Source: Verrucomicrobiota bacterium
GTDB lineage: Bacteria > Verrucomicrobiota > Verrucomicrobiia > Limisphaerales > MWDV01
Reading direction: 5' to 3'
Length of the DNA stretch: 64,000 nt
Assembly: GCA_035411585.1 (NCBI GenBank)
Contig: DAONTI010000010.1
Coordinates: 47,370-111,369, forward strand
Below are positions 7,742 to 15,890 of this stretch, one piece after another. The number at the start of each line of letters is the position of its first letter. The stretch's first letter is position 1. The translations under genes and the position numbers were made by a program. The notes beneath the pieces are model-generated. The model was given only the letters and a program-made list of their open reading frames with translations, was not told where the DNA came from and made no database searches.

Positions 7742-9772
7742 TTATTCCTGAAGCCGGAAGAATCGTGCGGCACCGGTGACGGGAAGCGAAACGACTTTTC
7801 GTTCCCCCACTACGACCGGCGTTTCCGCGACTGGCTGCCACTCCGGTGTGTTGAGATCCGCCGTGGCCTTGAGTTGCCCCGCCGCGCTTGCCGGCCAGGA
7901 GATTTCGAGATTGCCCTCTTTCAAGGTGGCTTCCAAAGCAACGGCCGGGACGTAGGGCGCGGCGGTGATCGTAACCATGTCCATCCACATGGTCCCACTG
8001 GAGCCGCCATAGCTATAATCCGAATCCCGGGCCACGTAGGCATCCACCCCCGCTCCGGTGGCGGTCCTCTCAAATTCGCTCACTATCCGGAAGCCAAAGT
8101 TGGGATTGTTATCCACTCCCGGTAAACCGGCAAAATCGGCGGAAAACAGCAACCACCCATCCCAGGCATTCGAGCACACCACGTGATCCGTCCAAACGCT
8201 TCCGTTGGTCGTGTATTGAATCCGCCAAAACCGGCTGGCGGATACGTTGTTGTTATGTTCCCAGATCACCACGGGCTGTTGATAACCCACGGTGCTAAAC
8301 TGGTATTGCACGCCGCTGGTTTTGTTGTCGGCGTCCACGGCGGGATAATTACCGGTGCGCAGCGCGCTTTGGTCGGCCTTGTTTGGATCCGAATTGGCGC
8401 TGGCTTGGAACCGGTAAGTGGTGCTGCTGCCAATAATTTGGGCTTCGCCGGTGCCGATGCTGGGGAACAGGGTGCCAGTGCTTCCATCATTGTCCGGTAC
8501 GGGACTGTTAAAATCCCAGAAGGCGGCGATTTCGGAACGCTCCGCCCGGATCATGAACGTGGTTTCGCTCTCCAGTTCGCCATCACTCGCCACCACGGCC
8601 AGCCGGCCAATGCCCCCGCTGGTGGGGGTCAAATGCAAAGTTCGGTTCGCGCCGGTCCCCGTGAAGGTGGCGTCAAAGGTGAGAAAATTCGGCTGGACCG
8701 GCCGTACGCTGACCGAGATTCCTTCGGGGGCGGATTCGAGATCGCCGACCGTGAAGTTGAGGTCTGCCGTCGCGCCCGGGGGGAGGGTTTGGTCGGCGAA
8801 GGCGGAGATGGTCGGCGGGGTGTTGAGCGGCAGGATGTTCACGAGAAACATGCGCTCGGTGTAGCGACCGCCACCGTCGGTGACCCGCACGATAATGCGC
8901 GACGTCCCAAGGGCCCCGGTGGGTACCACAGTCACGGTGCGGCTGCTCCCGCTGCCGCCAAACGTGAGATCCTGGATGAGATTCGGATTGGAAAATTCCC
9001 CGGATACGTACAAATCCCCCGCGGGTGTTTCCGCATCGCCCACGGTGAACGAAATCGGCGGCAGCGAACTGCCGGCGCGCACGATTTGGTCGGGAATCGG
9101 TGAGATGCTGGGCCGGGTGTTGGCTGGATTCACGGGGTTGCCACTGACCGTGACCATGTCACTCCAGAACGTGCCGGCGGTGGCGTAATTGGCCGTGATG
9201 CCGACGTAGCGCTGGTTATCCCCCTCGCCGATGGCGGTGGCTTCAAATTCCGCCACGATCCGCACGCTAAAGTTGGGATTGTTGTCGGCCTCCGGCAAGC
9301 CGGCCAGGTCCACCGTGTGAAAATACCAGACGCTGGGGGTTAGATTAGTCAGGACAATGTAATCGGCCCAGGCGCTGCCATCCGCCGTGTACTGGATGCG
9401 CAAATACCGGCTCGGGGTCGAGTTGTTGTTGTGCTCCCAGCTCAAGGAAATGTCTTCATAGCCCGCCGTGCTGAACTGCAACTCCAGTCCGCTGGTCTTG
9501 TTGTGCTCGGTGGCGGGCGGGAACGAACTGATGCGCAGACAACTGTTGTCGAAGATCCACGGATCGGAACTGGTGCTGTTTTGGAACCGGTAGGCAATGG
9601 TGGGACCAATGACGTTGGCCATGCCGGTGCCGATCTTGGGCTGGAGCGTCCCGGTGGCGCCGTCGTTGTCCGGCTCGCCCTGGGTGTTGTAATCCCAAAA
9701 GGCCACTGTATCCGCCCGCAAAGCGCCGGCGGTGAGGATGAGGATCGCGAGGAAGTGCAATGCAATTTTCAT
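7742..9772 (-). CDS. secreted protein: duplicated uncharacterised ~185-aa domain flanking two Ig/cadherin-like domains, C-terminal FFRL domain
   Basis: 676 aa with signal peptide MKIALHFLAILILTAGALRA. Domain copies start at AFWDYNTQGEPDNDGATGTLQPKIGTG and AFWDFNSPVPDNDGSTGTLFPSIGTG, and both contain WEHNNN, R(I)QYT and NNPNF. Between them lie two Ig-like repeats (..ISFTVGDAETPAGDL.. / ..LNFTVGDLESAPEGI..). The protein ends ..GAARFFRLQE. Confidence 0.8.
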   Translation of the reverse strand: MKIALHFLAILILTAGALRADTVAFWDYNTQGEPDNDGATGTLQPKIGTGMANVIGPTIAYRFQNSTSSDPWIFDNSCLRISSFPPATEHNKTSGLELQFSTAGYEDISLSWEHNNNSTPSRYLRIQYTADGSAWADYIVLTNLTPSVWYFHTVDLAGLPEADNNPNFSVRIVAEFEATAIGEGDNQRYVGITANYATAGTFWSDMVTVSGNPVNPANTRPSISPIPDQIVRAGSSLPPISFTVGDAETPAGDLYVSGEFSNPNLIQDLTFGGSGSSRTVTVVPTGALGTSRIIVRVTDGGGRYTERMFLVNILPLNTPPTISAFADQTLPPGATADLNFTVGDLESAPEGISVSVRPVQPNFLTFDATFTGTGANRTLHLTPTSGGIGRLAVVASDGELESETTFMIRAERSEIAAFWDFNSPVPDNDGSTGTLFPSIGTGEAQIIGSSTTYRFQASANSDPNKADQSALRTGNYPAVDADNKTSGVQYQFSTVGYQQPVVIWEHNNNVSASRFWRIQYTTNGSVWTDHVVCSNAWDGWLLFSADFAGLPGVDNNPNFGFRIVSEFERTATGAGVDAYVARDSDYSYGGSSGTMWMDMVTITAAPYVPAVALEATLKEGNLEISWPASAAGQLKATADLNTPEWQPVAETPVVVGERKVVSLPVTGAARFFRLQE

Positions 9773-9811
9773 TTGATTTTGGAGGGTTTTAGCGCATTGA
9801 AGGCTCGGGGT

Positions 9812-10570
9812 TTAAGGCGCGACGTCGAGCCCAAATTTGAACACGTTATTCCATCGTTTTTGGGCCACCCATTCGGCGTGTCCGTCGCAAAAATTCATGT
9901 TCGCCCCGGCCGCGCCGTGGTTGTCTTCCGGCGAATCCGGGTAGTCGTTCAAATCCGTCGGTCCGTTGGCATCATCCCCGTCCAACATCAATAAGATTCC
10001 CGCGGGGCCGGGCTTTTCTCCGATCCGCGGCGTGTAGTGGGTGATGACGTAGCCCGCCACCGAGGCTTCGGTTTTCTTAATGCCCCGGATGTTGCCGGAA
10101 ACCTCGTAGCTGTGTCCTTCGTCCCCGCGTTTCTTGGCGATGAACACCAAGTGGCGGGGAACCATGGTCAGATCCGGCTTGTACACCAGGTTGCTGGGAT
10201 TGATGGTATGGCGTGCGCTAGGGCAGATGAAGCTGCGCACAGTGGACACGTAAGTCGGCCACAGCCAAGTCATATCGTCATCGGTGGAATCCCGATCCGT
10301 GGTGGTGCTGTTGACGGGCAAGCGCCAAGTGGGTGCGGTGTAATGGCCGCGGAAGTCGTGGGCGTACATTTGGCTGCCCAAACCCAGTTGCTTGAGATTA
10401 TTCAAACAGGACGTGCGGTTCGCCCGCTCCTTGGCTTTGCCCAGTGCCGGTAAAAGCATGGCTGCCAGGATGGCAATAATGGCGATGACCACCAAGAGCT
10501 CGATCAGAGTGAACGCCAAATTCCGCCGCCAGCCGCCGCTGCGGCCAGGGCCTGTGTGTCGCTGCGCCAT
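9812..10570 (-). CDS. prepilin-type N-terminal cleavage/methylation domain protein (pseudopilin-like, H-X9-DG-type family)
   Basis: [46 protein letters not shown] is the class III signal/pseudopilin N-terminus. The C-terminal [19 protein letters not shown] resembles the H-X9-DG tail, with one extra residue. It is a close paralog of 23848..24657. Confidence 0.9.
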   Translation of the reverse strand: MAQRHTGPGRSGGWRRNLAFTLIELLVVIAIIAILAAMLLPALGKAKERANRTSCLNNLKQLGLGSQMYAHDFRGHYTAPTWRLPVNSTTTDRDSTDDDMTWLWPTYVSTVRSFICPSARHTINPSNLVYKPDLTMVPRHLVFIAKKRGDEGHSYEVSGNIRGIKKTEASVAGYVITHYTPRIGEKPGPAGILLMLDGDDANGPTDLNDYPDSPEDNHGAAGANMNFCDGHAEWVAQKRWNNVFKFGLDVAP

Positions 10571-10597
10571 TGGGGAAAGCCGGATGAAAATGACCTG

Positions 10598-11530
10598 CTA
10601 TTGGCTCCGTTGCCGCCGCCACCAGAGTAATCCGCCCAGCATCGAAAGCCCGAACAAGAAACCGGACGCCGGCTCGGGTACCGGAGCAACCGAGGCAAAG
10701 GAGGTGCCGATCCGGATTTCATCAAAATCGGTGGAGTACCGCCCCCTGACGCCCACTTGATCCCAGATCGAGTATTGCATCGTTCCTGAGAAGACCGGAG
10801 TGGACAGCGCGCTTTCATCGGTCAGATCGAGGGGATTCAGCCAGACGGAAACTCCGGTCTGCCCATCCACAGCGTCGGGAAACTCCAGTTTCATCACGAA
10901 AAAGGTCTGCAAATCCATCTTGGCGTCGTCGCCAAAATCCGCCGAAGTCACGGGCGCATTTTGCATTTGAATCCCCCAGTTGCCGGTGGTGTTCGGGGTT
11001 ACTTTCCCCAGCCAAAGCGGGTTGCTGGTCCCGCTGTTTTCCAACTCAACAAAGGCGTACCGCGGGCTGGCCGTGGCAATTCCATCGGATTGAGCTAGGA
11101 AACTGACCCAAATGGTGCTGCCCAGTTCACCAATGGGCTCCGACAACAGCCGCTGGTCCCAGGAATTATTGCCGAACGCCGTCCGAATTTGACTGCCTGA
11201 CGTTTGCAAGGTATGGCCAAATCCATCCGTGTACACCAGTGGCGCCACCCGACTACCCGCCGGATAATCGTCGGGATAAACCGGAATACCCGCGTTCTTG
11301 GACCCCCGTGAAGTCCACGCCCCGGCCCAACCGATGCCGCCCGCCAAACCGGCAATGCCTTCGCCCAGCACACTGTCGGAGGCGTACCATTGCACCCGGC
11401 CGTAATCGAACGGTTCATACGCGATCAACTCGGCCGCCGCGCGATCCACCGCCAAGGCCAGGCAGGGCAGGACGGCGAGTAAGAGGCGATACTTGCAGAA
11501 GTAATTTGTGTGGATTTTCATGAGTATCAA
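10598..11530 (-). CDS. PEP-CTERM sorting-domain protein with LamG-like jelly-roll N-domain
   Basis: Has a signal peptide. The N-domain begins LIAYEPFDY..GIGWAGAWT and ends VWLNPLDL...DFDEIRIGTSFASV. The C-terminus VPEPASGFLFGLSMLGGLLWWRRQRSQ has the three parts of a PEP-CTERM signal: PEP motif, TM helix and basic tail. Confidence 0.85.
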   Translation of the reverse strand: MILMKIHTNYFCKYRLLLAVLPCLALAVDRAAAELIAYEPFDYGRVQWYASDSVLGEGIAGLAGGIGWAGAWTSRGSKNAGIPVYPDDYPAGSRVAPLVYTDGFGHTLQTSGSQIRTAFGNNSWDQRLLSEPIGELGSTIWVSFLAQSDGIATASPRYAFVELENSGTSNPLWLGKVTPNTTGNWGIQMQNAPVTSADFGDDAKMDLQTFFVMKLEFPDAVDGQTGVSVWLNPLDLTDESALSTPVFSGTMQYSIWDQVGVRGRYSTDFDEIRIGTSFASVAPVPEPASGFLFGLSMLGGLLWWRRQRSQ

Positions 11531-11844
11531 CTGGGTAAATTCATTAAAACCTTGCCCACCCTAAGCGCATAATTTTTCGGCGTCAAGACAGTCAGTTTGA
11601 AAATTGAAAAATTTTTCCGAATTGTCACCTGCCCACCCTCGTCCCATCATTTGGTTGAAATGAGATGTGACCACTCGCCGCATGCCGGCTCTTTTGCTTT
11701 TCATCGTTGCCCCACTTCGGTTAACTGCTTGGAAATTTTGCGCGGGCGCATCGTCGGCAATCCGTGGCGCCGGGGGTACCGGAATCATTGAAGGCGGTCG
11801 GCAGTTTCAAAAGCGTTTTGCGGTTTAAGGAACTCAAGGATTGT

Positions 11845-12828
11845 ATGAAGCATTACTCGAAAATTTTCCTAATGACCGGCACTGTCGTGCTGGTCTTGGC
11901 CGCGAATGCGGTGGCGGTCGCTGAAACCACGAAACCGTTCCAGGGCATTACCCTGCGGCATGAAAGACTGACCGAGCCCCGGCAGATTGATGTCCACGTG
12001 GTCCGGGTGGATCTCCGGGCGCCGGGAATCCGGTTCAAGGTCACAGAATCATCACGGCCCGGGGAGAGCCGGCTGACCACGGTGCGGGATTCGCTCGCCA
12101 AGGAAAAAGCGCGGGACGCCGCCGCCTGCCTGGCGGTCAACGGCGCCTTCTTCACCTTCAGCCCCAAGACCGGCATCTACCCGCCCCACTGTTACATTGA
12201 GGGGATTGCCGCCAGCGAAGGCGAACTCTATTCGGCCTGGGAAGACATCGCCATTCCGTTCCCGGCTTTCAACCTTTCCAAAGACAATGTTCCCTCCATC
12301 CTCGACAAGCAGGAGGTGATTCCCAATGACCGCTACCGCTCCGTGCTCACCGATATGGAGCATCGCCAGACGTGGGAGGTGGCCTTGGGGCTTCTGGGCC
12401 GGTATTTGAGCAATTATCCGGAACTCCCCGATGACGATATTTCCGGGCACTTTTACAATGCCATCAGTGGATCGCACCGCCTTGTGCGCTCCGGCACCAA
12501 CACCATGGACATAACTTCCTATCCCAAGAACGACGAACCGCATCCCCGGACCGGGATCGGCTACGGCCCCGGGTTTCTCGTCATTGTGGTGGTGGACGGG
12601 CGTAATCCCGGCCACAGCCTCGGTGTCACCTGTCCCGAACTGGCTGATCTTCTGATCAAAGAGGGAGTGGTTGAAGCCGTGAATTGGGACGGGGGCGGCT
12701 CCACCACGCTGGCAATTGCCGATCCGATACCCCGGCTGCTCAATCGCCCCGTCGGCGTCAAAGGCCGGCCCGGCACCGAACGCCCGGTAGGCGCGAGTTT
12801 GATCATTTTTGCCAATCCGGGTAATTAA
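11845..12828 (+). CDS. phosphodiester glycosidase family protein (NAGPA/DUF2233-like)
   Basis: Signal peptide MKHYSKIFLMTGTVVLVLAANAVA (ATG at 11845; the ORF is open from 11764). Motifs AVNGAFF, AISGSHRLVRSG and PRTGIGYGPGFLVIVVVDGRNPGHSLGVTCPELADLLIKEGVVEAVNWDGGGSTTLAI are typical of the NAGPA 'uncovering enzyme' domain family. Confidence 0.85.
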   Translation: MKHYSKIFLMTGTVVLVLAANAVAVAETTKPFQGITLRHERLTEPRQIDVHVVRVDLRAPGIRFKVTESSRPGESRLTTVRDSLAKEKARDAAACLAVNGAFFTFSPKTGIYPPHCYIEGIAASEGELYSAWEDIAIPFPAFNLSKDNVPSILDKQEVIPNDRYRSVLTDMEHRQTWEVALGLLGRYLSNYPELPDDDISGHFYNAISGSHRLVRSGTNTMDITSYPKNDEPHPRTGIGYGPGFLVIVVVDGRNPGHSLGVTCPELADLLIKEGVVEAVNWDGGGSTTLAIADPIPRLLNRPVGVKGRPGTERPVGASLIIFANPGN

Positions 12829-12942
12829 GTCGGACACGAGCCCACCATGACGCGTCAGCACGCATCGCCACCGGCCCGTAGTTTTCGTCGCCCCACCCGC
12901 TCTTTGATGGGGCCGTTCACGCGATGGGGACCGCGGTTTTGG

Positions 12943-13752
12943 ATGGGTGACATAAAATCAATTTTCCGCGCCGCGTTTCTGCTCGGGGCGGCCCTCATTT
13001 TGTCCGGATGCGCATCCCCATCGGCCAAAGTCGGGCAGGTGCGGGTGTTGTGTTACAACATTCGTCACGGGCGCGGGATGGACGGCCGCATTGATCTGGA
13101 GCGCACCGCCCGGGTGATCAAGTCGGTGCAACCGGATTTGGTGGCCGTTTTGGAAATTGACCGGGCCACGCGCCGCTCCGCAGGTGTAGATCAAGTGGCG
13201 GAGCTCGCGCGGTTGACGGGGATGACATACTATTTCGGCAAGTGCCGGGATTATCAGGGCGGCGAGTTTGGGCAGGCGGTGCTTTCGAAATGGCCGTTGA
13301 CCAATGAAGTGTTGCCCTTGCCGGGGAGCCCCGAATTCGGCGCCCGGATTTTGCAAATCAACCGTGTGCAGCCGCCTTCTGGAATTCCCGATTTGATGTT
13401 CCTGAGCACCCACCTCAGTCACGGCGTCAGTCCCGCCGATCGCCTCGCCCAAATTGAATTCATCAATCAATGGTTGCAAACCCAGAGTCCGGACGCCCTG
13501 GCCATCCTCACCGGCGACTTCAACGCAACCCCGGAATCGGAGGAATTGCAACGTCTGTTGCCTCACTGGCGGGATGTCGGGGCGGTGAACTCCGCCGCGA
13601 CGTTCAAGGCTGATCAGCCGAGGATTCGCATTGATTACATCTTCGCCCGTCCCGCAAGCCGGTGGCGGATCATCCAGACGTACGTGCTGGACGATGCCGT
13701 AACTTCGGATCACCGGCCTGTCTTCGCGGTGCTGAAAGCGACGGCCCAATGA
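12943..13752 (+). CDS. endonuclease/exonuclease/phosphatase (EEP) family lipoprotein
   Basis: Lipobox in MGDIKSIFRAAFLLGAALILSGC; the ORF is also open from the ATG at 12847. EEP motifs present: VLCYNIRHG, DLVAVLEID, TGDFNATPES, IDYIFAR, SDHRPV. Confidence 0.85.
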   Translation: MGDIKSIFRAAFLLGAALILSGCASPSAKVGQVRVLCYNIRHGRGMDGRIDLERTARVIKSVQPDLVAVLEIDRATRRSAGVDQVAELARLTGMTYYFGKCRDYQGGEFGQAVLSKWPLTNEVLPLPGSPEFGARILQINRVQPPSGIPDLMFLSTHLSHGVSPADRLAQIEFINQWLQTQSPDALAILTGDFNATPESEELQRLLPHWRDVGAVNSAATFKADQPRIRIDYIFARPASRWRIIQTYVLDDAVTSDHRPVFAVLKATAQ

Positions 13753-15728
13753 ATCCCACTTTCAGGTCCGGTCCGATCATCAGGGCCCGGTTCATCTTGT
13801 TGTGTTTGGTGCTGGCCGCCATCCCGGGTCTGGCGCAGTTGCTGATTTATGAAGACTTCAATTACGAGCGCCGGCAGGGGTTTGTCAGCGCCGCCATTCC
13901 GGGCGAGGGCATAGATGGATTAAATGGCGGGGTGGGTTTCGCCGGTCCGTGGACCACCACCGGAAATTACTTTTCCGGCATCCCAGTTGGTCCCGGAGAT
14001 TACGGTGCGGGGGTCACTTACGGAAATCCGCTTGGCGCGCGCCTGGCCCCGCTGGCCTACAGTGACGGATTCGGCAACCATCTGGTCACCCGGGGACACC
14101 AACTGCGCACGGCCTTCGGCAACCATTCGCGCGAAGTCCGGCGCCTGGCGTCCCCTGTGGGCGGATGCGGAAACACGCTGTGGATGAGTTTTCTGGCGCA
14201 AGCCCACGGGCTGGCCGGCACCTCACGCTACGCCTTCGTGGAACTCGCCAACGCCGACGGCAACGCCATCCGTCTCGGCAACGTCACCCCCGTCTCCTCC
14301 GGGCAATGGGGAGTGCAGGTGTTGAACAGTGGCGGTGGTGCGCCATCGGCCGACTTGGGATTGCCCATGGACGTCCCGACCTTGTTCCTGGCCCGGTTGG
14401 CATATCCGCCAACGCCTGGCGATCCCGCCCGGCTCGCGGTTTGGCTCAACCCGCACAATCTGGTTCATGAAAAGGCGCTGCCCGCGCCGATCATTGAATG
14501 GGATTTTGCACCGGTCGCCTTTGACCAGTTGAGCGTGGCTGGGCGTTACTCCACAGATTTCGATGAGTTGCGTCTCGGCACCCGCTTTGACGCAGTGACG
14601 CCAACGCAACCCGCGCCGGTCGGCGATGCCTGCCTGACCACCGAACGCGACGGTCAGAATCTCCGGCTCAGTTGGCCCGAAGCCTACACCGATGGGTTGG
14701 TGCCACAGGTCTCCCTCGATTTGCAGGAATGGCAGCCGCTGCCCTTGCCGCTAGAGCGCACCAACGGCCAATGGCGGCTGACCGTGCCTCTCGATGGCCA
14801 GCAGCGGTTTTTCCGATTGCATTATCCCGCGCCGGGACCGTCGCGACCGCGGCTCGCCACCCTCGAAGCCACCGGCTGGCAGCCGCAGGAGGTCCGCGCC
14901 GGACTCGTGTATTACGAACGGCAGTTGACCAATTTGTTGGGCAGTCCACAGGTGGTGAACGTGCTGGCGCTCGACCTCGACCACCCCGGCTTGCGTCTCG
15001 AACTGACCGCGATGGATGTCTGGGGGCTTTCCCGCGTTACCGTGCCGGTGCTGGCCGAACATGCCGGCGCGGTCGCGGCTATCAACGGCGGGTTCGGCAC
15101 CGCCCGCACGTTTTCCGAAGTGGGTTACGGCATCATGATTTTTCGCGGGATTGTCTGGCCTTTCGTCAACGATCCCGATTTCCACGAACTCTACGAAGCG
15201 CATGGGCGCAATGCCGTGGGAATTGACGCCGCCGGGGAGTGGCACTTTGCCTCGCGCGGCGCGGAAGGTTGGGAAGTGGGCGCGCGTTGGCCGACGAACT
15301 GGCCGGGCATGGTGCAGGCCATGGCGGGCGGCAGCCAATTGGTGCGGGCCGGTGCGGTCCATCCGTTGGTGGTGCCGGCCACGACGCGCGGGGCGTACCT
15401 CTCGCACAGTGGTTTGCATGACTTGACCTTCAATCGAAATCCGCGTACCGCCATCGGCATCACCAATCATCGGATCGCGGTGCTGGTGACGGTGGCCGGC
15501 CGTTTTCCGGGCATTGCGGAGGGCATGACCTTGCAGGAGATGGCGGAATTGATGTTGTTCATGGGCTGCCGCGACGCCCTCGAACTCGACGGTGGGGGAT
15601 CCTCCACCATGTGGATCGGCCAGCCGCCTTTCGACGGAGTGGTGAATTACCCGACTGACAACGGCCAGTTTGATCACGATGGCCTGCGTTCCCTGCGCTT
15701 GGCCGTCTTAATCATGGAGACGGATTAA
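13749..15728 (+). CDS. fusion protein: LamG-like N-domain (paralog of 10598..11530) + internal FFRL beta-sandwich + phosphodiester glycosidase domain (paralog of 11845..12828)
   Basis: The start ATG at 13749 overlaps the EEP stop (ATGA). Signal peptide MNPTFRSGPIIRARFILLCLVLAAIPGLAQ. The N-domain LIYEDFNYE..GVGFAGPWT..AVWLNPHNL..DFDELRLGTRFDAV aligns along its length with the PEP-CTERM protein. The middle contains ..LRLSWPEAY..QQRFFRLHYP. The C-terminal part has AINGGFG, MAGGSQLVRAG and PRTAIGITNHRIAVLVTVAGR..ALELDGGGSSTMWI. Confidence 0.85.
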   Translation: MNPTFRSGPIIRARFILLCLVLAAIPGLAQLLIYEDFNYERRQGFVSAAIPGEGIDGLNGGVGFAGPWTTTGNYFSGIPVGPGDYGAGVTYGNPLGARLAPLAYSDGFGNHLVTRGHQLRTAFGNHSREVRRLASPVGGCGNTLWMSFLAQAHGLAGTSRYAFVELANADGNAIRLGNVTPVSSGQWGVQVLNSGGGAPSADLGLPMDVPTLFLARLAYPPTPGDPARLAVWLNPHNLVHEKALPAPIIEWDFAPVAFDQLSVAGRYSTDFDELRLGTRFDAVTPTQPAPVGDACLTTERDGQNLRLSWPEAYTDGLVPQVSLDLQEWQPLPLPLERTNGQWRLTVPLDGQQRFFRLHYPAPGPSRPRLATLEATGWQPQEVRAGLVYYERQLTNLLGSPQVVNVLALDLDHPGLRLELTAMDVWGLSRVTVPVLAEHAGAVAAINGGFGTARTFSEVGYGIMIFRGIVWPFVNDPDFHELYEAHGRNAVGIDAAGEWHFASRGAEGWEVGARWPTNWPGMVQAMAGGSQLVRAGAVHPLVVPATTRGAYLSHSGLHDLTFNRNPRTAIGITNHRIAVLVTVAGRFPGIAEGMTLQEMAELMLFMGCRDALELDGGGSSTMWIGQPPFDGVVNYPTDNGQFDHDGLRSLRLAVLIMETD

Positions 15729-15890
15729 GGCTCTTCTTCCCGGCGGAATTTTCGCGGACGAAAACTCGAAGGGTTCCTATCGTTCAACGAATTTGGATTG
15801 GCGGCGAGGATGGACGTTGTGATCCGGCGCCTGGGTCCACCTTACCGATCGCCCCGCAGTTCCCTTGCCGGCTTGCTTTGATCTGGCGGA

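Noticed and set aside
13662-13748. Upstream in-frame extensions of ORF-track entries (13662, 17749, 18570, 34838, 40602, 11764, 49520 ends)
   Set aside because: The extensions overlap the preceding genes and lack signal peptides. Internal ATGs give proper signal peptides or lipoboxes, or ATGA coupling, so the shorter models were used.
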